Below are positions 40,606-51,280 of a stretch of DNA of 64,000 nt, piece after piece (within the stretch, counting starts at the first letter, position 1; every line of letters starts with the position of its first letter). Made by a program: the position numbers and the translations under genes. Under the pieces are notes generated by a model, which searched no databases, was not told the origin of the DNA, and worked only from the letters and a program-made list of their open reading frames with translations. Source of the stretch: a bacterium (lineage in GTDB: Bacteria; UBP13; UBA5359). The DNA is taken from the NCBI GenBank assembly GCA_028685295.1, contig JAQUEL010000003.1:11104-75103 (forward strand), read 5' to 3'.

Positions 40606-42786
40606 TCACGCATCCAAACGATGTACGCTGATTACATCTTTAATACCCATTAGGTGATCGATAGCTTTATTAAGCTCCGTAAGATGTTCAACTTTAAGAA
40701 GGATATCTATCTTAACCCTGCCGTCACGATTCCTATTGCGTACGTTAAGGGCACTTATCATCAAGCGTTGTTCACTCATAGCGCCTGCAATGTCCAATAG
40801 CAATCCCCCGCGGTCAAAGGCCTGCAGTTCAATTGCTGCAATACGATTATGCGTATTTTCCTCTTCCCATGATACATGCAGAACCCTATCATCATCTCTT
40901 TGCATTAAATTTATTATGTTGGGGCAATTGTCACGATGAATGGTTACCCCGCGCCCCCTTGTGACATAACCGGTAATTTCATCTCCCGGCAACGGGTTGC
41001 AGCATCTGGCGTAACGCACCAGTATGCGATCCACTCCCTTGACCCGTACTCCTGTTCTACCATTATGTGCTGTGGGCTTCTTCGGGCTTTCGGTTTCACC
41101 ACTCAATTTGGCAATAATTTCATTATCGGTGGGACGTTCCTTGATCTCCTCGCGTAGCTTATTAATAACCGCCTGAGGAGTCAACTCACCATACCCCAAA
41201 GCAGCAATTAAATCATCAGGCGTCTGATAATTGAATCTGGTCGTTACCTTGCCGATGGCTTCTCCCTTAATGTAGGCGGGATTAAGGCTGGCTTTAGCGA
41301 TCTCTCTTTCCAACAGAATGCGCCCACGCTCGATATTGGCTTCACGACGCTCCTTCTTCAGCCATTGTCTGATTCTGTTTCTGGCCTGCGAAGTCTTGAT
41401 AAAGCTCAACCAATCCAGATTGGGCCCGCAAGCCGTCTTGCTGGTAATGATTTCAACGATATCGCCGTTCTTGAGCTGATAATCCAAAGGTACAATACGT
41501 CCGTTTACTTTCGATCCGGCACAGCGGTTTCCGATATCCGTATGAATTCTATAAGCAAAATCCACCGGCGATGCGCCACGTGGAAGGACAAGAACATCTC
41601 CGTTAGGAGTGAAAACAAAGACTTCATCACTGAATAGATCGTAACGCAGCATCTCCATGAACTCACCGGCATCGCGCGAATCAGACTGCCATTCCAACAT
41701 CTGCCTGAGCCAGGAGAGCTTCTCCTCATAATCTGTGGTGGTTCCCACGCCCTGTTTATACTTCCAATGTGCCGCTACGCCATATTCGGCTGTACGATGC
41801 ATCTCCCAGGTGCGTATTTGCACCTCCAACGGACCACCATTAGGGCCGATAACTTTGGTGTGCAACGATTGATACATATTGCTTTTAGGCATAGCTATAT
41901 AATCCGTAAACATCTCTGGTATGGGCTTCCAAAGGGTGTGGACGATTCCCAATACAGCATAGCAATCCTTGACACTGTCAACGATGATTCTTAAGGCTGT
42001 CAGATCGTAAATCTGGCTGAATTCCAGGTTTTGCTTCTTCATCTTCTGATAAATAGAGTAAAAATGCTTCGGCCTTCCGCTGATAGCTCCCCTGATATCT
42101 ATTTCATCCAGCTTTTTCTGTAATGAATCGATACAAAACTGGATATCTGCCTCTCTTTCTCTTCTCTTTCTGGCAATCCTGGAAACTATATCTCTGTAGA
42201 CCTCAGGCTCAAGATAGCGTAAAGAGAGATCCTCCAGCTCCCACTTTAACTTTCCTACACCCAGACGATGAGCTAAAGGAGCATATATATCCAGTGTCTC
42301 TCTGGCAATCTCCTGCTGCTTGTCAGCCGGCATGGATGTCAGCGTTCTCATGTTATGCAATCTATCTGCCAGCTTAATGATTACTACCCGGATATCCTGT
42401 GCCATGGCCAGAAACATTTTACGCAGGTTCTCAGCCTGTCGCTCCAGCTTATTCTTGAATTTAAGCTGATTCAGCTTGGTCATACCCTCAATAAGTGCGG
42501 TTATTTCCTCGCCGAAGGTAACTCTTATCTGTATCAGCCTGACAGGCGTATCCTCAACCACATCATGTAGTAATGCAGCGGCAACCGTATAGACATCCAT
42601 CTCGATATCGGTCAGAATATTGGCAACTTCAAGTGGATGGGTGATAAAGAAATCCCCGGACACACGATACTGACCGATATGAGCTTGGCAGGCAAAATCA
42701 TATGCACGTTTGAGCAATTCTATATCCGCATCCGGTTGATAGCGTATCAGCTTTTGGCTGATAGTGTCCAAATCAGCGGGCGGCAT
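40606..42786 (-). CDS. relA: Bifunctional (p)ppGpp synthetase/hydrolase
   Basis: HD, RelA_SpoT, TGS and ACT domains. Probable start MPPADLD; the ORF track adds 15 codons that overlap recJ. Confidence 0.9.
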   Translation of the reverse strand: MPPADLDTISQKLIRYQPDADIELLKRAYDFACQAHIGQYRVSGDFFITHPLEVANILTDIEMDVYTVAAALLHDVVEDTPVRLIQIRVTFGEEITALIEGMTKLNQLKFKNKLERQAENLRKMFLAMAQDIRVVIIKLADRLHNMRTLTSMPADKQQEIARETLDIYAPLAHRLGVGKLKWELEDLSLRYLEPEVYRDIVSRIARKRREREADIQFCIDSLQKKLDEIDIRGAISGRPKHFYSIYQKMKKQNLEFSQIYDLTALRIIVDSVKDCYAVLGIVHTLWKPIPEMFTDYIAMPKSNMYQSLHTKVIGPNGGPLEVQIRTWEMHRTAEYGVAAHWKYKQGVGTTTDYEEKLSWLRQMLEWQSDSRDAGEFMEMLRYDLFSDEVFVFTPNGDVLVLPRGASPVDFAYRIHTDIGNRCAGSKVNGRIVPLDYQLKNGDIVEIITSKTACGPNLDWLSFIKTSQARNRIRQWLKKERREANIERGRILLEREIAKASLNPAYIKGEAIGKVTTRFNYQTPDDLIAALGYGELTPQAVINKLREEIKERPTDNEIIAKLSGETESPKKPTAHNGRTGVRVKGVDRILVRYARCCNPLPGDEITGYVTRGRGVTIHRDNCPNIINLMQRDDDRVLHVSWEEENTHNRIAAIELQAFDRGGLLLDIAGAMSEQRLMISALNVRNRNRDGRVKIDILLKVEHLTELNKAIDHLMGIKDVISVHRLDA

Positions 42787-42787
42787 C

Positions 42788-44509
42788 TTACTCACAACAA
42801 ATAAACTCCCTCTTCTCCTGGTACAGATCATAATCCCGCACGTTCATTTGCAAACTTTTTCTGCCCTGCCAGGTATTTTCCTCTAACGTATATACGATAT
42901 CATATTTAACGCCTTTTTTAAAAGAGGATATATCAGCGCCGCGGCCGAATGCTATGGCATCCGTCACACCTTCGCCGCAGGCTATCCGCATTTTGAGATG
43001 CGCACCGCTCTTTCCCACCACTGAGGCTTTAGTAACGGCTACATCCCGGGCAATGAACACAGGCTGCTCAGCCTCCGGCCCGAAGGGAGATAGATGTTCC
43101 AGTTCATTCAGCAGAGCAAATGAAAATTCATGCGGCTGCAAAACGGCATCTATGTGAAGCCTGGGGCGCGGGACGGCGGTAATGTAAGCTTCCAATGCCG
43201 CTCTGTTGATCGCTTCATCAAAATCCGGCAGGGCGGATGCAGCCAGCGTCAGGCCGGCGGCAGCCGTATGGCCGCCGTATCGAAGTAAATATGCTGAAGC
43301 AGCATCCATCAGCCTCAGAATATCCATGCCTTCTACCCCTCTGGCAGAGCCGTGCCCTTCGTCACCCTCCATGGAGATGACGATAGCCGGGCGGCCGTAC
43401 AATTCAGTCAATCGGCAGGCGACTATTCCCAGAACACCCTTATGCCAGCCTGCACCCGCAGCCACAATCACCTGCCTGTCTGAATAATCCTGTGCATTTA
43501 CAATTTCCGCCAGTACAGCCTCCTCTTCATTGCGACGTTTGGTATTGAACAGCTCCAGCTTACGTGCAATGGCATGGGCCTCCTCACGGTTTTCCGTCAA
43601 TAAAAGACGTGCGCTCCAAAGTGCATTATCCATTCTCCCGGCGGCATTCAACCGAGGAGCTAGAATAAATGCCAGCTGCCTTTCATCGATAGCATCGGGT
43701 TCCAATCGGCAAACGGAAAGAAATTCCCGAATACCACTTCTGCCGCAACTACGTATGACGTCCATACCCAGGCTGGCCAGTATGCGGTTCTCACCGGTTA
43801 AAGGAACGATATCGGCAATCGTTCCCAGGCAGACCAGATCCAGTTGCGACCGGATCAGCTCCTCCGGCAATCCCAGCGCATAACAGAGTCCCCAGGCCAG
43901 CCGGAAGGCGACACCCACTCCGGCCAAAGAGAGAAGTCTCTCATCTCCGGGATTCAGCCGTGGGTTGATGATTGCCTCGGCTTCCGGCGGCCGGCATGTC
44001 GGAGTATGATGATCGGTAATAATGACTTTCATGCCCAGGCTTCGCGCATACTCCACGGCCGCATGATCGGAGGTACCGCAATCAACGGTGATAATAGTGC
44101 CGATGCCGCGTTCAAATGCCTTATCGATAATGGCCCTATGTAAACCGTAGCCTTCACTTAAGCGGTTGGGCACATAGTAGCCGGCATCGAATCCTGCCGC
44201 AGTCAGAATACTGTATAAGAGAACGGTGGCTGTTATGCCATCTACATCGTAATCACCGTAGACCAGGAAGCGGTCTCCGGCCGCAGCCGCATCAATTATC
44301 TGTACTGTCGCTTCCGCAACCCCCGGCAAGTTATCCGGTGGCAAGAGATGCTTGAATTGCGGATGCAGGTATGCAACCACATGGTCAGGCATCTTTACTC
44401 CTCTCAATAGCAGAAGGCGAGCTATAAGCGGTGAAAGACCGGCGGCTTCGGCCAAACCGTTGATATCCGTATCATCTATTTGTATATAATCCCATTCAGC
44501 CCTACGCAA
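42788..44509 (-). CDS. recJ: Single-stranded-DNA-specific exonuclease RecJ
   Basis: 573 aa. DHH motifs (YGDYDVDGITA, DHH) and DHHA1. Confidence 0.9.
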   Translation of the reverse strand: MRRAEWDYIQIDDTDINGLAEAAGLSPLIARLLLLRGVKMPDHVVAYLHPQFKHLLPPDNLPGVAEATVQIIDAAAAGDRFLVYGDYDVDGITATVLLYSILTAAGFDAGYYVPNRLSEGYGLHRAIIDKAFERGIGTIITVDCGTSDHAAVEYARSLGMKVIITDHHTPTCRPPEAEAIINPRLNPGDERLLSLAGVGVAFRLAWGLCYALGLPEELIRSQLDLVCLGTIADIVPLTGENRILASLGMDVIRSCGRSGIREFLSVCRLEPDAIDERQLAFILAPRLNAAGRMDNALWSARLLLTENREEAHAIARKLELFNTKRRNEEEAVLAEIVNAQDYSDRQVIVAAGAGWHKGVLGIVACRLTELYGRPAIVISMEGDEGHGSARGVEGMDILRLMDAASAYLLRYGGHTAAAGLTLAASALPDFDEAINRAALEAYITAVPRPRLHIDAVLQPHEFSFALLNELEHLSPFGPEAEQPVFIARDVAVTKASVVGKSGAHLKMRIACGEGVTDAIAFGRGADISSFKKGVKYDIVYTLEENTWQGRKSLQMNVRDYDLYQEKREFICCE

Positions 44510-44569
44510 TTTATTTTCCTAAGTAAAAGGCCCCCTCTAGCAGGCGGGCCTTCTCATTATGCTCTTCTT

Positions 44570-45613
44570 TTAGCGCCTTTTCTTTTTTGACCGGCGCTTG
44601 GTAACGGCTGCAGATATGCCGGCAGAGGCTAGCTCCGCAGGCTCTTTTACGCTGCAAGTTACAGCCGCTGCATCATTATTATAATCGGTCTCCAGCCGGG
44701 CTGGCTTCCCCTTCCTCTTGCCATCCTCCTTCAATCGCATGGAAACGAGCAGCTGACTGGAGATGAAGATGGAAGAGTAGCATCCGGTTGTAATACCCAC
44801 AAACAGAGCTAGAGCGAAGGTATGTATGGTTGCGCCTCCAAAAAGAAAGAGTGCCATTATAGTAAGCTCGGTTGTCAGCACGGTGAAGACTGATCTTGTC
44901 AATGTCTGATTTATGCTTGAATTGACTAGCTGTCTGAAGTCACTCTTCTTATCAAGGCGTGTATTCTCTCTGAGACGATCGAAGATCACAATAGTATCAT
45001 TGATGGAATATCCTACCACCGTCAGAATACAGGGCACCAGAAAGCTATTTATGTCTATCCTGGTTATAGCAAAGAAGCCCAGCAATATCAGCACGTCGTG
45101 AAGCAAGCCTGCTATAGCAGATATAGCATATTTGAAGTCATATCTTATGGTGACGAAAAGCAGAATACCGAACAGGCCGATGCAAAGAGCTATAAGCGCA
45201 TTAACCTGCAATTCCTTACCGATACTCGGTCCTACCATATCCACATTTACATCTTGCGGCTTTACGCCATAATCCTTGCTCAGGATATCGACGATACTGC
45301 GGCTGAACTCTTCACCGGATTTCTGTTGTGTGGTAATAATAAGCTCATTCTGTGAGCGCTTCAAGGATTCTCTGGGCAACGACAGGCTGCTCAGCTTTGA
45401 AGCAACATCATCAACGGTGAACTGCACCGGCATCTTCACCCTGACCTCAGTGCCGCCGGTGAAATCTATTCCCAGCTTTAAAGGAGCTTTTATCTGAGGA
45501 TTTATATAGTTCATGACCATGGCGATAAACCCCGCCAGGATCAAGACAGCCGATATGGTATACCATATCTTTCTGCTGCGTACAAAATCGAACTGGTATC
45601 TCATAGCAGACAT
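44570..45613 (-). CDS. secF: Protein translocase subunit SecF (with a ~45-aa basic C-terminal extension)
   Basis: 347 aa. SecF N-terminus and TM core. The tail ends in KRRSKKKRR. Confidence 0.85.
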   Translation of the reverse strand: MSAMRYQFDFVRSRKIWYTISAVLILAGFIAMVMNYINPQIKAPLKLGIDFTGGTEVRVKMPVQFTVDDVASKLSSLSLPRESLKRSQNELIITTQQKSGEEFSRSIVDILSKDYGVKPQDVNVDMVGPSIGKELQVNALIALCIGLFGILLFVTIRYDFKYAISAIAGLLHDVLILLGFFAITRIDINSFLVPCILTVVGYSINDTIVIFDRLRENTRLDKKSDFRQLVNSSINQTLTRSVFTVLTTELTIMALFLFGGATIHTFALALFVGITTGCYSSIFISSQLLVSMRLKEDGKRKGKPARLETDYNNDAAAVTCSVKEPAELASAGISAAVTKRRSKKKRR

Positions 45614-45618
45614 CTCTC

Positions 45619-46956
45619 CTATATTCTGAAGTACAAGTTCTTCTCTCTCACTCTTTTAAGAGAGGAGAACAGGTCGATAAAATATCTGGTTACGACTATA
45701 GCCGTAAACATGCTGACCAAAATACCCAGGCTAAGTGTAACGGCAAAACCCTTGATCGGACCGGTGCCCCAGATAAAGAGCACTACGGCCGCTATCAGCG
45801 TCGTTACATTTGAATCAAGAATAGTGGTAAATGCACGCTTGAAGCCGGCATTCACAGCCGAACGGAGCGCCTTACCCGTTCTTAACTCTTCTCTTATCCT
45901 CTCAAAAATAATAATATTGGCATCGACAGCCATACCTACGGAGAGAATAATACCGGCTATACCGGGCAAGGTCAGCGTGGCATGCAGCCCCGCCATAATT
46001 GCCATCACCAGCAAAGTATAAACAATGAGAGCCAGATTGGCCAGCAGGCCCGGTACGGTGTAATAAGTCAACATAAAGAGCGCTACGGCCGCTATGCCGA
46101 TAATAGCAGCAGTCTTGCTCTTGGAGATCGATTCCTGTCCAAGGGTGGGACCTATGGTCCTATTTTCCACTATCTCTACAGGGACAGGGAGTGAGCCTCC
46201 CTTGAGCAGAACAGCCAGGTCCTGAGCCTCTTCGAGGGTTTTGAAACCTCCGCTTATCTGACCGCGACCCTCGGTAATAGGTTCGTTCACGTTGGGAGCA
46301 GAGATAATCTTGTTATCCAGAACTATCGCCAGCGTTTCACCAACATTCCTGGTAGTGAAATCCCTAAACTTCTTTGCCCCTTCTTTATCAAGAGCGAAGG
46401 AAACAATCGGGTTGCCGTTCTGGTCAAACTGGGCCGATATCTGCTTGCGCTGCAAATTGCCGCCTGTTATAACCGGTGGGGAATCCTGCAGCACCTGCGC
46501 CAGGGGAACTTCCTTGCCGTCGTCCATGAACTTGTAGACGACCTGTCCGGAATCATCAGTGTAGAACTGCATCTTATTCTTCCATTCGGACGGTATATGC
46601 CTGAACTCCATCATGGCCAGGGTTTGCAGCATATCGGCAGCCTTCCGAGCATCCTTGATGCCGGGCAACTCGACGATCAGGTCTCTGTTTCCCTTGACCT
46701 GCAGCAACGGCTCGGTAATGCCCAGCCCGTCAACTCTGTTGCGCATGACCTCCTTGACATCTCTGACGACATTGGCATCCACTTTAAGGTTCTCCGTATC
46801 CTTAAGCTGAAGAACAAGCCTGGTGCCGCCCTTCAGATCAAGACCGTAATTCAACGGTATAGTGGAGATGAAATATGCTGACAGGGCAACAATGGCCATC
46901 AGCATCAGCGCTTTTGCAGGGCTTTTGAACTTCATGCGAATCCTCCCCCGTGTCAA
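45619..46956 (-). CDS. secD: Protein translocase subunit SecD
   Basis: 445 aa. LDLKGGTRLVLQ, and a periplasmic domain plus 6 TM helices. Confidence 0.9.
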   Translation of the reverse strand: MTRGRIRMKFKSPAKALMLMAIVALSAYFISTIPLNYGLDLKGGTRLVLQLKDTENLKVDANVVRDVKEVMRNRVDGLGITEPLLQVKGNRDLIVELPGIKDARKAADMLQTLAMMEFRHIPSEWKNKMQFYTDDSGQVVYKFMDDGKEVPLAQVLQDSPPVITGGNLQRKQISAQFDQNGNPIVSFALDKEGAKKFRDFTTRNVGETLAIVLDNKIISAPNVNEPITEGRGQISGGFKTLEEAQDLAVLLKGGSLPVPVEIVENRTIGPTLGQESISKSKTAAIIGIAAVALFMLTYYTVPGLLANLALIVYTLLVMAIMAGLHATLTLPGIAGIILSVGMAVDANIIIFERIREELRTGKALRSAVNAGFKRAFTTILDSNVTTLIAAVVLFIWGTGPIKGFAVTLSLGILVSMFTAIVVTRYFIDLFSSLKRVREKNLYFRI

Positions 46957-46967
46957 TAACTTGTATG

Positions 46968-46997
46968 ATTATATTATGCCTCACATGGGACTGTCAA
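46968..46997 (-). promoter_or_regulatory. Consensus sigma-A promoter for secDF
   Basis: Minus-strand TTGACA-N18-TATAAT, then SD GGGGGAGG before secD. Confidence 0.55.
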
Positions 46998-47061
46998 TAA
47001 AACTTGGGCTTATAAAGCCGATTTCCGGCAGTAATAATGGATACTCCTTGCTAGATCAAGC

Positions 47062-48180
47062 CTACTTTTCATATGTGCCTCCAAGGTAGCCACCCAGGAA
47101 ATCAGCCGCATAATCCGAAAAAGCATCCTCCAGGATAGCCTGCCGTATATCCTGCATCAATCTTTTATAAAAGGCTAGATTATGCGTAGTTGCCAGTATA
47201 GCTGCCAACATCTCACCGCATTTGAAGAGATGACGCACATACGCTCTGCTGTATCCCTGACAGGCCGGGCACGGGCAGCCCTCCTCTATGGGTCGATAAT
47301 CTTCAGCGTAAACGGCATTTCTGATATTCAATCTGCCCTGCATAGTAAATACGGTCCCGTTACGCCCCATTCGGGCAGGCAGGACACAATCGAACATGTC
47401 TATGCCTCCGGCGACACAGTTAATTATATCCTCTGGAAGACCTACCCCCATAAGATATCGCGGCGCATCCACCGGTAGAGCCGAAACCGCCGCCGCCAGG
47501 GCCAGAAGCATCTCCCTCTTGCTCTCTCCTACGCTCAGACCGCCGACAGCATATCCGGCAAAGCCTATATCTATAATCTGGCGGGCGCTCTCTAAACGAA
47601 GATCGGGATAAATGCTTCCCTGAACTATTCCGAAGAGCGTCTGCGTATCATCCTGAAATTCTCGCCGGCAACGGGCAGCCCATCTGGTGGTCCTCTCCAG
47701 CGATTCTTGTGCATAGTCATGATCGCAAGGATAGGGAGAGCACTCATCGAAAGCCATAATGATATCAGCGCCAATCTGCCGTTCTATCTCCATCACCCTC
47801 TCAGATGTGAAGGTATGATACGATCCATCCAGCGGCGATTGAAAAGAGACACCCTCTTCGCTGATACGTCGCAGAGCGGAGAGGCTGAAGACCTGATAAC
47901 CGCCGGAATCGGTCAAAACATTGCCTTTCCAGTTCATGAACTTATGTATGCCGCCTGCTCTCTCTATCAAATCGGCGCCGGGCCGTAAATAGAGATGAAA
48001 AGCATTGCTCAATATTATGCCCGATGCCAGTTCCTCCAAAGCATCGTTCATTATACCTTTTACTGTCGCTCTGGTGCCGACAGGCATAAATACAGGCGTA
48101 AGCAGCTCCCCATGCGGTAGACACAGCCGACCAGCCCGAGCGTCAATCTCAGAAGAAAGAAACTGGAGTTCAAAAATCAA
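47062..48180 (-). CDS. tgt: Queuine tRNA-ribosyltransferase (tRNA-guanine transglycosylase)
   Basis: 372 aa. LLTPVFMPVGT, DSGGYQ, and the Zn site CxCxxC...H. Confidence 0.9.
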   Translation of the reverse strand: MIFELQFLSSEIDARAGRLCLPHGELLTPVFMPVGTRATVKGIMNDALEELASGIILSNAFHLYLRPGADLIERAGGIHKFMNWKGNVLTDSGGYQVFSLSALRRISEEGVSFQSPLDGSYHTFTSERVMEIERQIGADIIMAFDECSPYPCDHDYAQESLERTTRWAARCRREFQDDTQTLFGIVQGSIYPDLRLESARQIIDIGFAGYAVGGLSVGESKREMLLALAAAVSALPVDAPRYLMGVGLPEDIINCVAGGIDMFDCVLPARMGRNGTVFTMQGRLNIRNAVYAEDYRPIEEGCPCPACQGYSRAYVRHLFKCGEMLAAILATTHNLAFYKRLMQDIRQAILEDAFSDYAADFLGGYLGGTYEK

Positions 48181-49144
48181 TCTCTTCCGCCTCCTCGCCG
48201 GGATCGGCCCTGAGCGTGTTTAACAGCAATGTTATATCCGGCGGTAACGGCACCTCAAAGCACATTTCCTTTCCAGTAACCGGATGCCTGAAGCCAAGCC
48301 GAAATGCATGCAATGCCTGTCCTTTCAAGCTCTCTATCAGATGACGAACAGCCGCAGATTGCACAGCGGCAGGAATACGCCTTGGCCCATAAACGTGATC
48401 ACCTGCTACCGGATGCCCTATAGCAGCCATATGCACCCTTATCTGATGCGTCCTCCCTGTCATCAAAGTGGCTTCCACCAGTGAAATGCCGTCATGGCTC
48501 TCAATAACTCGATACTCTGTAGCGGCGTGACGGCCATCCCGACGCACTGCCATTCGCTTTCTGTCAATAGGATGGCGCCCTATCGGCGCATCGATAATCC
48601 CCTTTTTGGCTTCCGGTCTGCCGTAAAGCAGTGCCAAATAGACACGCTTTACATCCCGCCGTTGAAAATCACGAGCCAGGTTCAAATAGGCCGCAGCATT
48701 TTTGGCCGCCACCATAAGGCCGGTGGTATCCTTATCCAGGCGATGCACTATTCCGGGCCGCATATGATCACCGATGCCGGCGATATCAGGATAATGATGC
48801 AACAGAGCGTTAACCAGTGTTCCTTCTGTGGAACCGGCTGCAGGATGAACGATCAGCCCCCGGGGCTTATTTATAACAATAATATACTCATCTTCATAAA
48901 TAATATCCAGTTTTATCTTCTGCGGCCTGACAATCGGTTCAGCTGGGAGCTTCACATCACCTTCAACTACATCACCGGCTTTGACCTTGCACCCAGGCTT
49001 GCATATCATGCCGTTAAGACGTATATCTCCCTGCGCAATGGCACGCTGGACAGCCGTTCTGGAAGGTGAATACCCTTTTTCAAAGAGCAGACGATCTAAG
49101 CGCAGGCCGGTTTCTGTTTTTTCGACGATAAACGCATCCTTCAT
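48170..49144 (-). CDS. rluD: RluA-family 23S rRNA pseudouridine synthase (RluD-like, S4 domain)
   Basis: 324 aa. S4 domain and the catalytic HRLDKDTTGL. Confidence 0.85.
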   Translation of the reverse strand: MKDAFIVEKTETGLRLDRLLFEKGYSPSRTAVQRAIAQGDIRLNGMICKPGCKVKAGDVVEGDVKLPAEPIVRPQKIKLDIIYEDEYIIVINKPRGLIVHPAAGSTEGTLVNALLHHYPDIAGIGDHMRPGIVHRLDKDTTGLMVAAKNAAAYLNLARDFQRRDVKRVYLALLYGRPEAKKGIIDAPIGRHPIDRKRMAVRRDGRHAATEYRVIESHDGISLVEATLMTGRTHQIRVHMAAIGHPVAGDHVYGPRRIPAAVQSAAVRHLIESLKGQALHAFRLGFRHPVTGKEMCFEVPLPPDITLLLNTLRADPGEEAEEIDF

Positions 49145-49911
49145 GCTTCACCGACTCTGGGCGAGGTCTTGGCGTCAATGCCGGCGCAACGTCGTAAAAT
49201 GATATCGGTTGTCAGAGTAATGAGGATCAATGCCAGGCTCAATACCTGAGCCTGCGTTAATCCGAAGAAGAAGACAACCGCACTCTCTCCAGCCCTATAT
49301 ATCTCCATAAAAAAACGCTCCAGTGAGTAAAGCATGATGTAATAAACAATCACTTCACCGGTGTATCTTTTACGCCGGTCTACCCACAACAGAAACGGTA
49401 TCAGGGCCAGGCTCAATAGGGATGAATATATCTGTACAGGATGACGATCAGCCCCATGTAGATGGATATGCCATGGCATATCCGTTGCTTTACCGTAACA
49501 GCATCCGTTAAGAAAGCAGCCTATTCTGGTAATGGCATAGCCCAGAGCCGTGCCGGGAGCCAGCAAATCGCCATATTGCAAAAAATACACTTTACTGCGC
49601 AGGTAGACCGCTGCCGCCAGAATACCGGCGATCAAGCCGCCGTGAAAGGAGAGCCCGCCCTCCCAAATTCTCAGTGCCTCCCAAAAGTTTGATACATAAT
49701 AGCTCCAATTGAGTGTTACGTATCCCACTCTGGCTCCAACCAAAGCAGCTATCATGATAACTGATACGAGATCAATCATCCTTTCAGCATTCAGACCCGC
49801 CGCAACAGCTCTTCTGGAACACCAAGCAGAGGCGATGATAACACCCAGTGCCAGCATGAAGCCGTATGATGGTAAAGCAAAAATACCTAAATCGACCAAG
49901 ATCGGTCTCAT
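49141..49911 (-). CDS. lgt: Prolipoprotein diacylglyceryl transferase
   Basis: 256 aa. Lgt signature region GGLIAGILAA; polytopic. Confidence 0.8.
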   Translation of the reverse strand: MRPILVDLGIFALPSYGFMLALGVIIASAWCSRRAVAAGLNAERMIDLVSVIMIAALVGARVGYVTLNWSYYVSNFWEALRIWEGGLSFHGGLIAGILAAAVYLRSKVYFLQYGDLLAPGTALGYAITRIGCFLNGCCYGKATDMPWHIHLHGADRHPVQIYSSLLSLALIPFLLWVDRRKRYTGEVIVYYIMLYSLERFFMEIYRAGESAVVFFFGLTQAQVLSLALILITLTTDIILRRCAGIDAKTSPRVGEA

Positions 49912-50003
49912 AATTAATTACCCCTGTTATTCGGGCAGAAAGCGCTTGGAAGGCAGAATATCAAGGCTAATAATAACGAAGGATGCTTGAGCTATTCCGA
50001 ATT

Positions 50004-50477
50004 TCATCTTCCGGCTTTTCTTCTCTTTTTACCCGGGTAGTCCTTCTTAATCGCCTCAGGCGATTTCATCAGCATCAGCGCTAAAAATACTGCGCCCACT
50101 GTTATAAAAACATCGGCCAAATTAAACGCAGGCCAATAAGGCAAACAAATAAAATCCGTAACAAATCCCAGGCTTATTCTATCTACTGCATTGCCCAAAG
50201 CGCCGCCGGCGATAAAGCCAAGCGGCAACGCCAGATGCCTGTAATTGAAAGTCATGTAAACAATAATTACGACCGCCAGTATGGTGAAAGGAATGAGCAG
50301 CCGTGCCCTACCTTGCAATAACCCAAAGGCCGCTCCGGTATTGCTGCAATGTATGATAGTCAGCCAGGGGGATAAATAAGCGGCACCTGCACCTTCAGAA
50401 ACCAGGCTCCTAATAAGTATTTTCGAAACCTGATCGGCACCCAATGCAATCAACGAAGCTTTATAAAATGACTTCAT
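50004..50477 (-). CDS. lspA: Lipoprotein signal peptidase (SPase II)
   Basis: 157 aa. NTGAAFG, NLADVFI. Confidence 0.85.
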   Translation of the reverse strand: MKSFYKASLIALGADQVSKILIRSLVSEGAGAAYLSPWLTIIHCSNTGAAFGLLQGRARLLIPFTILAVVIIVYMTFNYRHLALPLGFIAGGALGNAVDRISLGFVTDFICLPYWPAFNLADVFITVGAVFLALMLMKSPEAIKKDYPGKKRRKAGR

Positions 50478-50857
50478 CAGGTTTTTCGCTCACTTCTCTC
50501 CTGGCAGGTCATACAGGTAACGGCATACGGCAATACTTCCAGCCTTTCAGGTGAAATGTGCTCGTTACACTCCCGGCAAACTCCGTAGGTTCCCTTCTCC
50601 ATGCTCTCCAGTGCCATATTTATGCGCTTGAGTATAGTCTCGGCATTTCTGATCAACGCCTCATTCTTCTCCCGTTCAAAGGTCTCGGTAGCTACATCGG
50701 CGGGATGATTATCATACATGGAGAGCTCACCCATGGATTCCCCGGCACTCTCAGATGATTCACTCTCTACCAGGGTTCTCAGTTCTTCCTCGATACGTTT
50801 TCGATCGGCCAACAACCGCTGCTTCAGTTTCATTACAACCGAATCCGCCTCAGTCAT
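50477..50857 (-). CDS. DksA/TraR-family C4 zinc-finger protein (YlyA-like)
   Basis: 126 aa. A coiled-coil segment followed by CRECNEHI...CMTC. Confidence 0.7.
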   Translation of the reverse strand: MTEADSVVMKLKQRLLADRKRIEEELRTLVESESSESAGESMGELSMYDNHPADVATETFEREKNEALIRNAETILKRINMALESMEKGTYGVCRECNEHISPERLEVLPYAVTCMTCQERSERKT

Positions 50858-50869
50858 CGCTCTCTCCTC

Positions 50870-51280
50870 TCATTTGCTCATTTGAGATTGTATAGCGACA
50901 ATAAACTTGGCAATGTAACCGGGCACAAAGGGCAGCGCAGCTATCTTGCTCAAGATAATCAAGAAGACGGCTGCCAGAGCGGTCATACCTAGAATCATAC
51001 CAAACCCTCTTGCCAATCCGCAAGCAAAGTTCATAAAGATCAAACGCTTGGTATTCTGGAGCAGCACAATATACTCGCCCATATTGATACGCTCCAGCAA
51101 ACAGGCTAAACGCTCTATATTATTATTCAGCATACCGTGGATGGAATTCCCGGCATCTTCCACCCTTTCCGGAAACTCCTCAATCTCTAATTTTTGAATC
51201 CGGCATTCCGTATTTGTATTAATTCCTCTTGCCCCTTCCGCCTTCCGCATTTTGCGCTCCGCATTTGTAATATCAGACAT
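50870..51280 (-). CDS. Hypothetical small membrane protein (DUF5665-like), conserved between ileS and the dksA-like gene
   Basis: 136 aa. C-terminal TM helix pair. Position conserved in Firmicutes. Confidence 0.5.
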   Translation of the reverse strand: MSDITNAERKMRKAEGARGINTNTECRIQKLEIEEFPERVEDAGNSIHGMLNNNIERLACLLERINMGEYIVLLQNTKRLIFMNFACGLARGFGMILGMTALAAVFLIILSKIAALPFVPGYIAKFIVAIQSQMSK

